Below are positions 12,092-24,600 of a stretch of DNA of 64,000 nucleotides, in pieces. Each line of letters opens with the position of its first letter. Within the stretch, counting starts at the first letter, position 1. Source of the DNA: Stegostoma tigrinum. Lineage: Eukaryota. The notes beneath the pieces are model-generated. The model did not search any database. It was given only the letters and a program-made list of their open reading frames with translations, and was not told where the DNA came from. The DNA is taken from contig NC_081381.1 in the NCBI RefSeq assembly GCF_030684315.1, positions 27,655,811 to 27,719,810 on the forward strand, given 5' to 3'. Made by a program: the position numbers and the translations under genes.

Positions 12092-12682
12092 ATGAGGATC
12101 AGTAACTCAGGGGCAGTGTGTATGAAGCAGGCTGTTAACACAGCAGCTCGGCGCCGTAGGTGGAAACGCAAGGCCATGTTGGTGTTGACTGATGTGTCAG
12201 GACCTAAGCAACTGAGTGTGTTGTCACGCAGCTGTTGTCTGCTTGCACCCTGTCGCCGAGGAGTAAAAAGACCCTACCACAAACGGAGTACAAAGAATGC
12301 TGCAGTTTGGGAAAGTACAGAAGAAGTGTGTGATGGTGATGAGACTGAAAGATCAAATGCCGTAGAACAAGATGAAGAGCAAAATGAGGAAGAAGAAAAT
12401 AATACTGAATCCCCTCCTTATAATACAGATGGAAAGGTTAACGGTTCACTTACAGAAAGCAAGACTCAGCCAAAACATGCTTGCCAAGCACTGGAGGCCA
12501 ATGGAGAAGGAGAATGTCAGCAGTTGTATACAGATTCATTTGCTCTTAATGGGATTCACAACGGTGAATCATCTCAAGATTTCATTGATGATGCTGCTTC
12601 CCTTGAAGCTAGTACAAGACTGTCACTCACTGCAGTGAACATTGGGAATGAGCAGGCAGTTGTCCTCATGTCCCCATCACAG
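12092..12682 (+). CDS. NOL9: NOL9 coding exon 1 (basic N-terminus, acidic linker)
   Basis: Acceptor ...ataaacag at 12065, ATG 12092 (aagATG), donor CAG|gtagga, phase 0. ARRRRWKRK basic patch. The start could instead be the in-frame ATG at 12122. Confidence 0.85.
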
Positions 12683-15600
12683 GTAGGAGGAATTATTTTT
12701 ATTTTCACCGTAGTCTGTCTTCAGTGAAACTGCTGAATTCACTGGACTTCAGACCTCTCATTTTCTTTTATGTGCTTATACTTACTGGAGTACAGTACCC
12801 CTTTGTTGCCTGTCTCCAGCACTTCATGCACAGGCTCATGTGTTGACATTTGGAAGAAGATCCAGCTTTGGATTCCTTATTTAGAATTGAAGGCATTCTT
12901 TTGTCATGGTTTTCAGTGTTCTCAATTGCTCCTTTTTCTTTTTGCAGAAGTTGACATTTCAAGGAAGATGTCGCATGACTTGTCTGTATGGGAGTGTCGA
13001 AGTGTTAGGATTTACAATTGGACAGGGCCAGCCTGCATATTGCCTGTACTCCTTACCCACACACACTGCCCTGAGCATTGAAGCACTGCCTCATTGTAAA
13101 CCAGGCCGTACCAAGCGAGAGATGAAAATGGAGGTGAAAGCAGTTTTCCGGCAGCATGTACCAGCAGGTAAGGGTCCGGTGTTCGTGGAGAAAAACAGGC
13201 CATCAACGAAGACATCAAATATATGCTGTATCCATTCACTGTAATCGTAAACAGGGAAGTGGAGTAATTGCCACAGCATTTATTAGTGGATACTGAACGA
13301 TCAACATCAGGACAGACTGGGTTACTCTTCTTATCCTGTTGAAGCTGCCCATTTTAATAAATTTAGATTGAGGCACAAAATTAGAGGTATCAATAAATTA
13401 AGCAAAACAGTAAAACTGGGAAATTGATTTTATTGAAGGCAAGTGTGATATCCACTTTTAAGCCTGTAAAGAATAAAACAGTGAATATTACATAAGCTAA
13501 AAAGTTAGAAGCAGCAGATGATTGGATACACGGACTAGAAGTACATTTCAGCAATAAAAAAAAACCATGGAGTTCTGTGAGCGTCAGACTTTAAGAGGGA
13601 ATTTTGGTTTTGGAGGGATTGCAGTGTAGGTTTACTGGCATGATGTATTGAAATCCAAGGTTACATTTCAAGGAGGGATGAGACAAACTGGAGGTGCGAA
13701 GGTTAAAGGGTAGTTTGATCACTGTTTAGTATATTACAGGGAACAAATCGAGTAGATAGCAAAACATGCTTCTGCTGGTTGTGGAATCTCGTTCTTGGAG
13801 AAATCAGCTAAAAGTTAGAGCTGGGCTTTACAGCAAGGCTTTCCAGAACTTTAGAAATGCTTCCAATGTAAAAGTTTGAAATTGTTCTCCAAATGACACT
13901 GGGCTGCTACTGGAAAGTTAAGGATTATTGATGACATGAGGACAAACCTTTTTACCCAATTAGCACTTGGGAACTGGAATGCATTACCTGATGGTGGACA
14001 CACATTCAATCATGAATTTCAAAGTGATATTGGATAATTATCTGAAGAGAAATTTACAGCCCCTTGGGGAATATGTGGGAGAGTGGGACCAGAGTTATTG
14101 CATTTTAGGTGAACTGCTTTTTGTGTTTAAAGATTGGGTTTATCTGCCGTTAACAAGCCGTCAGTCCACAGATCACTTTCAAAACAAGCATCCAGTGATC
14201 CAAATAGTATCAACAACCATAATTAGCCATTTAGTAGGCTGAAGATAGGTTACTGTGTTAATTCTCCATTTTTAAAAAAAAACTTGCCTTAAGCAGCCAA
14301 TTTTCTTCCCTCCGATTTTGACGCGTTCAAGTGAGTACTGCAATATCCTTAGAATATCTTATCAATATCCACCCCAATTTGATACTTAATTTCCCTGAGT
14401 TTTTATTATTGAAATGTGGTGAAAGATGGAGGTCCAACTGGCAGTGTTTCCACAATTCCACAGATCAAACCAGCAACAGGGAATTAATACACAGAAAATG
14501 CTATAATTGCTCAGTAGGCAAGGGATCATTTATAATGCTGCTTCTCAAATTGACTGTCCCCTGGTTTGATAACAGCTAATCTTCCCTTCTACACCTCACA
14601 CCAAAACTAAATGCCACTGAAATCCTTGGCTACCAAGCCACCCATCACCATGAAGGCAGCCATGTATTTGGAAGTTGTGGACAGGGTTAGACACCTTATC
14701 AGCTCCTTGTATAAACACTAACACTAACTTCTGTTATGCAAAGTAGGTGGCATCTTATTCATTATTATCTTTTTCCTTTTTTTAGGTTCTGTTAATCCCC
14801 TAGAAAGTCTCTGCAGACTGCTAGTGTTCCGTGGACCCCATATTGAGAGTCACTGTAATTAGCCCCTCATGATTTTGAATATCTTTATCAAATTTTCACA
14901 CCACCATCTGCTGTAAGTAGGGCTATCTTCATTTCTCAAAATGATCATCATGATTAAGTCCCTCATCTCTAGAACCAATCTAGTGTTTTTTTCAGCACCC
15001 TGTTTGAGGCCTTCACATCTTTCCGAAGCATAGTGTCCAGAATTACACCCAACAATCCTTTTGTGAAAATATCAGTGTTTTATAAAGGTTTGTCATAATG
15101 TCCTTATTTCAGTACATTATGTCTTTGTTTAGAGGTCTCATATTTTTTAAAACTGTTTTCTCAGCCTGCCATGCCATCTTAAATGAAGCTATTAATTTAG
15201 ATTGCTTGCCTCTTCCTACCAAAATGTACAATTCCTCACTTCTGAATGAAACTTTGCCACGTCTGCCCATTCCACCAGCCTGTATGTGTCCTACTGAATT
15301 CTGTGACCATCCTCCTATTTGTTAACTGTGCCTTGGAGCTTTGTGTCACCTGAAAATTTTGAAATGTGCTTTCCATGGCTTAGTCCAAATAATATATATC
15401 GTACAATAATATATTTTTAATTGGTTGTTTGTAGTCTGTCCTTTACCTGCATTTGGAAATTTAGATGAGAGAATTTCTAGGTTTAAACAATGCTTGTGAT
15501 ATCTGTGGCTCTTCATTGCAGCATCAAGACACAATTTGATAAAGGAAGTGACGTCTTCATGCTCAGTTCTGCTCTTCGAGCATCTTGACACCCCTGGCAC

Positions 15601-18600
15601 TGTTTATCTGTCTAGCTTCCCAGAGTACAGGGAAATCTTTACTTCACATCCAGTGAGTTATTCATGAGATTTAGAGGCTTAAGATGAAAATGTTTTCTGG
15701 ATTTTGTGCTATGTGTGAGTGTTGCAAGTGTGTATTCATAAGATGAGCTTTGTCGGGTGTGTTGGCTGGGAGTAATAGCGTTATTACCTGTGGTTCTGCA
15801 ACACTTTCAATTTATGTATGTACCTCATGCTTTGGTCCTGCTGGGACTAATCTAAAACCTACAAGCATCAGAAGATATATACTGGTCATAAACTCATAGG
15901 GAATGGTATTTGAATTGTGTGATATCAGACATCAAGAAGTGTTGGGTAGCATCTTGCAGCAATCAGGTACCAAAACTAATTGAAAACTTGCCCAGTTTTC
16001 TAGCAAAATAAAAATTCTATTGTGTTGGTTAGCTTGCTCCGAATGAGATTGTTAGATATAGGATGCAGCAAAAAACAAGGTTGGTTAGCTTGGGTAACTA
16101 GATAATTGATTTGCATACAGGGTGGCACCAGAAATACAGGTCCAATTCCTGTATAGCTGGTATGTCTTAAAAAGGGACCTAATTAGATAGAATACACGTA
16201 TTAGGTTTTGTGGCACGTAGCAGTGTTCCTACCTCTCGGCCAGATGGTCAGAGTTCAAATCCCACTGCCTCTAGACATAGAACATTACAGCACAGTACAG
16301 GCCCTTCAGCCCTCGATGTTGTGCCACCCTGTCATACCAATCTGAAGCCCATCTAACCTACACTATTTCATGTACGTCCATATGCTTATCCAATGATGAC
16401 TTAAATGTACCTAAAGTTGGCGAATCTACTACCGTTGCAGTCTCGGTGTCTGAAAAGGTTGATTGAAAATAATGACATCTCAAGATTTAGAGGTATTTCG
16501 ATTCGGTATGAAGTTGCTTAGCAAATGATAACTCAGGTCTGCATTTATATAGATTCATAGTCACATATCTGAAGTTATTTAGGATGCTCTGATGTACACT
16601 CCAGCTAAAGAAGTAGTTTTGAACTTCAGTTACTTCTGTAAGGTAGAATACAAACAATTGCGTGTTAACCATAAAAATATACATCAGTAGCACTGAATAA
16701 AAGTCATTCGTACTGTCACACTGACTCAAACTGCCCGGATTAAGAGCTGTAAATAATGGTGAAGTAATTTTTTCAAAATCCAATCCTCAGCAAGAACAGT
16801 TGATGCAAGTGCCCAGAGGTTGTGCTGATTTTGATAGGAGCCGAGGATAACTTAGAAAGTGCGGGACAGTTCTGGGCACTGCAGCAGGAATCTATCAAAA
16901 CTGCAGTGAATCACATTATGCATTTATTCAGTTAGTGACCAGTATTTTATTGCCAACAGGTTAGAGACGGTTGGGCTGGTAAAAACAGGGTGAAGGACAG
17001 GCACTGTGGAACAAAGCCTTAGGCTGGGAACACTATCCCTAAGACCCAACAATTTCCCGTTTTTCCTCCTTACACTGGGTTCCTTTTTTTTTCTTTATTT
17101 ACCAACTGAAGACCTGAATTCTTTAGACCTGTATTTAATTTTGTCAGTAACAATATCAATGCCCCTGTAGTAGCCTAGCTGTGAGTATAATTTTATTTCT
17201 GATGCAGGCTTTATGATGAACTTAATGTTTGGTTTTGATTCTCACTTTCAGAAGAAGTTGAATTCTGGAAAACATTCATTCCTTGAATGCTCAGCTTTGA
17301 CCTCAATTGGAGTCATTCCCCTCCCTGATGATCAGGGGGTAACTATGTCGGACAGCTGGATTGCCACTGTGCAGGAACTTTTAAACACATGTCTGGGTAA
17401 GATGTCAGTGATGTGCTGATATATTAGAAACGTAACAGTTTTGTTACAAAATGCACATAAACCACTTTTTTTCTTGACCATGCCTTTGTCCATTTCACTC
17501 TGCCACTGTTTTATCTAATTATTTGCTGTTGCATGTAATTATTTAATTCCAGAAGAGCATTAGTGATTATTTTTCACAGTTCTGAGAACAAGCTTTAGAA
17601 ATTGTAGGCATAGCCTATTATGTTTGTACTGGTCTGGTGTTGGAATTATTTTAGTGAGCCAGAAATTGGAAGTGAGAGGGTAGATGTGTACAGAATGATT
17701 TGTTGGATCAGCTAGGGGCAGTTAAATATGATATTGATGCAGTAATTGTTGTGGATATTTTTGCTTTCTTGCAGAAGATGATGATAGATGTCCCATTATC
17801 TTGGTATGTGGAGGAAAGAATTTTGGAAAGTCAACCTTCAGCAGATATCTCCTGAATTCATTTCTAAATCAGTAAGTTTCAAAATCCTGTGACCTCTAGT
17901 GTTAATCCCAGAACAGTTAGTGAAAGCTGTGTCTAGAGTTTGAATTTGAACATTTGATGTTACGTTACTAACAATAACAGGACTTGAACTGCATTAATCC
18001 CCAAAGGTTGGTAGTTTGTCTCATGTTGAATTGCTGTTGATAGTTAAAGTCCTGGGTGTTTGGGAGCAGATTAAAATCTGTGAACCACACAGCAGCAGTA
18101 TCCTAATTTAGTTCTTGACCTGCGAAAAGCTACTTGGGGCAGTAGATCATGACTTTGGGGTTCCTGAACCTGAGGAGGTAACCCAAAGGTCTAGGATTCC
18201 TGCCTTGGCAGAAAGTGCACCTGAGGACAGGGAAGCACTGCATAGAATTTTCCAGCAGAGGAGACTATTCATACCTGAGCAGCTCATTACAGTAGTACAA
18301 ATTTAATTCCATTCCTCAACTGACTCCTATAATTCTCCAAATGAATACCATCGCCCCCTTCTCTCCTGGTGATTTTGATTTTCTGTTTCAAATATTTGTC
18401 TAATTCTCCTTTAAAATGTATCAGTCATAACCACTTCCTAGGATAATGCGTTCAATGTTGCAACTAAAACTTTGATTGTAAAAACCGTTTTTCTGATTTA
18501 TTTCATTATTTTCTTAGTGTTTAAATTGACGATCCTTCATTACTGACATCTCCACTACAGTGTTTGCAGAATACCCTTTTTTAAGTAATAGGAATGTTCC

Positions 18601-21600
18601 TGGAAACAAATGCTTAAATTGAAACTACTTGTAGCAAGTGAGTTTTCTCATTTTTTGAACAGCATCATAAAATGCATTCTAAATCCAAACTTTTCAGCCC
18701 CAGTGCATAACACAAATCTAAAATAACTAAAACTCAATGTAAGTGTGTCCTCAACATGGCCACTGATATGCCAAAGAATTAAAGACAACAGGTATGGATT
18801 TTCTTGGTTGGATTTCCTTGATGCTATAAAATAAATCTGCAAAATAATCCCAAAACTATAGTCAGTTTGTTTTTATTTTGCAAGTTTGGTTTTCCCCATG
18901 CCCACTGGTGATAATTTGTTTCATGCCTGCAATGACCAGGTTGCTGATGCTAATTGGTTGGAGGGCTTATATCATTACCAGACAGCTACTCCCTTCTAGT
19001 GGAGGAATCAGTAGCTGAGCTTTGAGTAATAGGATGCTGACCTGCACCACCTTCATAGAACTCTGCCTCACCATCGTGCACACAGCCCTCTGGCAAATTG
19101 AAGGGCCTACAGTATGTGGAATGAGATAGCGTTGATCAGCATTCGAGCTGTCAAGCTGCTGGTCGGCCACCTGGATCAAGTGAGCACACCAGTGACACTG
19201 AGGCGGTCCCCTGGATCTGTCACTGTTGTTGACCTTGCAGAGTGCTGGTGTGGGTTCTCTTGGTCAACAGTAGGAGGAGCACATCCCAAGATAAAAAGGA
19301 TGAATCTAAAACCTGATCCAAGAATTTCTAGAGAATGGAAAACAGGCCTTTTTACTGTACAAAAATTGTGAAATAATTATACAAAACTTTTGCATCTTGC
19401 TTCCAACTGCAGTGGTAATATTTAAAGCAAATAAGTAGGCCGTATTTTTGAAAACTGTTTCATGAAGAAGTTACTGTATTTGAGACTATTTCAGATTGGG
19501 TGTAGTTGTACATTCCCTGTTCAACAGATCAAAAATGGTGTACGTTTAAAACTTGTAAATCTCTATTCAGCTTCCTCTGCTGTAGTGAATATAGATTCAG
19601 TGTCTCAAGTCTCTGATTGTAATTTAAGTTTCCCATCATGGCATAATCCTGGAGATGGACACTGTTATGGTTCTAGCATGCACTTTGTAAGAAGATTCAA
19701 GATTTATATTTGTTGAAGATCAACCCGGCAATTACAGGCCAGTTATAACTTTGTTGTCAAGAAGCTTCAAGAAACATTAATTTCAGGCAAATGAATAGTC
19801 ACTTGGGCAAATATCAGTTAACTGAAGAAAGCCGTCACAAATTTATTGAGGGGGGGGAAAAGAAATTGCGTTTTACTGTCTTGTTGGTGTTTCTTTGAGG
19901 TCATGCAGTTGATGTTATGACAAATGCTGCACAACAGACATGTAAATTATAATTCAAGGAATAGAAGGTAAACTGGCAACACGGATACAAAATGGATTGA
20001 ATTTCAGGAAATGGAATGTATTAGTTAAGTAATATCTTTTTTGGATTGGAGGAGATTTTATATTGAAGTTATATGGGGTTGGTGTTTGGATTCTTGCTCT
20101 TGCTGATGTATATTTATAACCCAGACCTTGGTTCAAGGGACACAATTTCAAAATATGATGTGAACTTGGAAGAATAGTGAACTATGAGGAGGATGGCGTA
20201 AACTTTAAAAGAATGTAAACAGGTTGGTGCAATGGATCGAACAAGAGGCAAAGTAAACTTAATACGTAGAGGTACAAAGTTAAAATAAATAGTACCAGTC
20301 TAGAGCTGGGGCACCTGCTATGTATGTGCATAAGTCACGAAAGTGGCAGAATAGGTTGAGAAAGCTTTATTATTAGGGCTTAAAATATAAAAGGAAGTTA
20401 TGTTAAACTTGTACAGAACACTAGTTCAATCTCTGGAAAAATGTGACCACATTTAGAGAGAATGCAGAAAAGATCCACTGCGATGGCCCAGGGATGTGAA
20501 TATTGAGTTCTGTAGAGCGTTTTGGAGAAGGTGGGGCAGTTTTCCTTGGAGAGAGCACTTTGACAGGAGATTTAATAGATGTACTCAAAATCATAAGAGC
20601 TTGGGCAAAGTAGTTGTGAGGTAAAAAGAATTCCAGTTGGTGGAAGAAGCAAGACCAAGAGGACATATTTGGTAAAAGAAACAATGGCAACATGGAAAGG
20701 ATTTTCATTCATTTAGAATCTGGCACGTGGTGGTGGCGGTTTCAGTTCAGACATTCAGGAAGGAATTGGATTGCTATCTGAAAAGAAAGAGCATGTAGTG
20801 CCATGGTGAATGGGAAAAAAGTGACCCAAGGTAAAATGATCCTACAAAGAGTTGAAACAGGCATGGCAATCAAATGACCACCTTTGGTGCTGTAAAAAAT
20901 TCTGAGATTCGATAGCAAGGTACCCTGAATTGCAAGTAGTCTTGGGCGACTATGGCTTAAACAGGCTTTTGCATTGATTTATCATGAATTATTCTGGTAG
21001 TCTATGCCTACTTTTAAAAACCCAAGAAGCTGTGTTCCTTTTATAATTTTATCAACATAAAGATTTGAGTCTGATCTGCCAAGTGTCAAATAAAAATGAA
21101 TGCTCTCTTTCACCATATAGTATTCCATGTGTGGAGTTTCTGGAGCTTGACTTGGGTCAGACAGAGTTCAGCCCCCCTGGCTGCATGGCATTACACTTGG
21201 TGACTGAACCAATTCTTGGTAAGTAGTCTATTTTAAGTAATATTTAGGTACGTGGACGGGCTGTAGATCAAAGTGCTGGTGTTCTCCATTACAAATAGTG
21301 CAGAACAAGGTTACACATTAAGGGAGAGAGTAACTCTAGAACCAGATTCTATCATTGCACCCATTGGGAGCCTCGTTTTTATTTTGAGATTTTAAAATAT
21401 GGCAAACTGACTCTCATCTCCAAATTTCACCCTTTTTCTGAGAGAAGCCGTTCAACCAAATACCAGCCTACTATAATAAAGCAAAGAACTGCGGATGCTG
21501 AAAACCTGAAACTGTAGTTCTGATTTAGATTCACTGGACTTGAATTGTTAACACTGCTTACTCCCCACAGATGCTGCCAGATCTACTGGGTTTTGCCAGC

Positions 21601-24600
21601 AATTTCTATTTTTGTTTCATGATCCACCATTACAATTGTGATGTGCACATTGAGAGGGAAGATGGATTAAAAGGGGCAAATCTCTGTCCCTCTATTCTGA
21701 TGCAGCCTTAGCTTGCTGCAATGATTTTGCTGGTGTAGCTGTCTTTTGTACTGGTACATGTATATCTACTTATTTTTGATATGCTGTTTGTTAAACCAAC
21801 ACACATTTCCTGACTAAACTCCATTTATTCACTCAATCTTTTAATTCCAATTGCTTCCCTCATTCCTCTCCTTCCCTGGAATCCAAATTGGTCACCTCCA
21901 TTGTAGTTCTGTTACTTACTCTTTGTTATATTTCTCAGCACAACCTTGGATACATAGACAGACAGGTTAATTGAACATAAAATACAACGTCCTATGCCTT
22001 TATGGATTTTGAAAAAGCATTCGTTTGAGTTGATTGGGTGAAACTCTTGGCAATGCCAAATGACATGGGAGCAAACTGAAGAGATGATAGAAACATAGCG
22101 TAATATAGCATGGAAACAGACCCTTTGGATGAGTTAGAAGAAATCTGTATACATAGGATAAGCATACATACTATACATAGGAGTAGCCTGTAGAGTGTGG
22201 GAATAATCTGTAATTGGAAGAGGAATTCATCATCAGCTTTACACATGACAAAACACTTGTAGAAATTGCAAAACATGGATTACGAAAGCAAATGCACCAT
22301 TAACGTTAGGCATGATTTCAATGAAAATGAACGTTTCCGGTCATAGAATTCCTACAGCATGGAAGCAGGCCATTCGGCCAATAGAGTCTGCACTGACTCC
22401 CTGAAGAATATCACACTTAGACCCACCCCCTTACACTGTAACTCTACCTTTCCCACCGCTAGTTCACCTAGCCAGCACATCCCTGGACACTGGGCAATTT
22501 AGTCTGGCCAATCTACCTAACCTGCCCAACCTTGGACAGTGGGAGGAAACCAGAGCACCCAGAGAAAACCCACGCTGACACAGAGGGAACATGCAAACTC
22601 TAGTCACCCGAAGGTGTGATGGAGCCCAGGTCCGTGGCATTGTGATGCAGCAGTGCTAACTGCTGGGCCACCATGCCACTCTTTGCAAAAGTAAATTGCA
22701 AGTGTCAGAATTGTTGAGAAATATTTTGATATTCATGGAAGTAAAGGAGCTAGAGCAGGTGTCAAAATACAGTTGTTTAGGAGAAGTACAACAAAAACAA
22801 GAATATCATTGGCAAAATCTGTATTTGGTGAGAAGATGCTGTAGCTAACTGGAAAGTTGAAAGACGGAAAAGACTTGAGAGTTGTGTTAGGAATGTCGTT
22901 TTATATGAATGAGAGACTTTGAGCTTCTAGAAAATGGAGATCAGCTTGCTAAATGACTTTGAAATGAGTTTGGAGGAGATAGAGGGTTGGCTGGACAGAA
23001 GAAGTAACAAATGGCAGACTGCTCAGGTGATTGAACAAACAAAGACTTTTGCTGAATTTAATTGAGAAAAGGCAGAGACCCCACGCAAGGCACTGCTGAT
23101 GAAGAGGAGACCCAGTAAGATATGGTTTGGAGGGAAGATCTGAAGGAAGGTGAGGAAGGAAAGGCACATAAATACTGGCGTAAAAATTGTTAGAGGTTAT
23201 TGGAAAGATTGACACAGGAAAGAGAAGAAGGCAGGTTGTTGATTCAGTCATCTGGCTGAGTAATCCTGATATTTTGTCAAGCCCTATGTATCAGCTATGT
23301 CAGTTGATACCAAGCAGATTGGGCTAACCAGAATTCAGTAAGGCAATACCAAGTCTTGGTATTTTATTAGCTCAATGTCATTAACGTCTGTGGAACTCTG
23401 GACCAGCAACAAGTGTTTTACTCCAGAATGTCACAAGTAGCAAAACAATGTGGAGCTGAAGAGAGTAACCAGTGTATCCCAATTGCCTTCAAAAGCATGC
23501 ACAGAGTATATCCTCCATGCTCATTTTAGTTTTTGACATGGTTAAGATAGCCATTAACAACAAAATCTTCAATGCTGCTGTCCCTTGTGTTTTGTGCTTG
23601 CTCTCACTTGTGTGCTATACTTTGTTCTATCCCTTTTACAGGCCCTCCTTACATGCACCAGTGTGAGCCCCGTAAGATGGTGTATTATGGTGATGTGTCC
23701 TGTGAGCGAGACTTGGATCGATATCTGGAAACTGCAAAGTATCTATATGCTGGATGCAAGAAGGAAACACCTTTGGTCATAAACACCATGGGCTGGGTTA
23801 AAGGTCAGACTAAAGCTCTTGAGCGAAATCTAACAAGTATTGGCGATAGATTTCATTTGCTTCATTTTGCTTTTTGTTGTGTGTAATTTTGTCTTCCACC
23901 CTCCTGACGGATGCTGGTTCATGCATGGATTCCAATTTTGTTTTAATAACTTTACCATTGGCAACTATACCTTCAGCAGCCAAGGTCCTAAGCTCTGCAA
24001 TTCCCTCCCAATACCTCTATCCATTTAGAGATAATAAGAACTGCTGATGCTGGCGTCAGAGATAAGTGTGGAACTGGAGGAACACAGCAGGCCAGGCAGC
24101 ATCAGAGGAACAGGTAAGCTGATGTTTTAGGTCGGGACCCCATTTCTGAAGAAGGGCCCTAACCTGAAACGTCAGCTTTCCTGCTCCTCTGATGCTGCCT
24201 GGCCTGCTGTGTTCCTCCAGTTCCACACTGTTGCCTCTATCCATTTTCTTTTCTCTCCCTTTTAAGGTGATTCTTGGAACTAACTTCTTTGACTGAGCTT
24301 ACTTAAGTGATTCAGTGTCAAATTTTGCTTTGTAACAGGCGTATGAGATGTCTTGAGGTATGAATGTTAAGAAAGGCATTATATTAAAAACACGCATTTT
24401 TCTGCTAAAATAGTTCACTTTAAGAGATAGTGGAGATTATTCGTGCAAAAGTTGTTTTCCACCATACTATCCCTACTACTCTCAGCCTTCTACTCTGCTG
24501 GCTTTTTTTATTGTTCATATGACTAAACAAGTTTCTGACTCGTTCCTGTCCCGCACTTTGCTTCCATTTGGGAGAGGCTATAGAAGCAGTGAATTGTGCA

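Noticed and set aside
15465-15521. Alternative upstream acceptor for NOL9 coding exon 3
   Set aside because: Introduces an in-frame TGA; the acceptor at 15521 gives a continuous NOL9-like frame.
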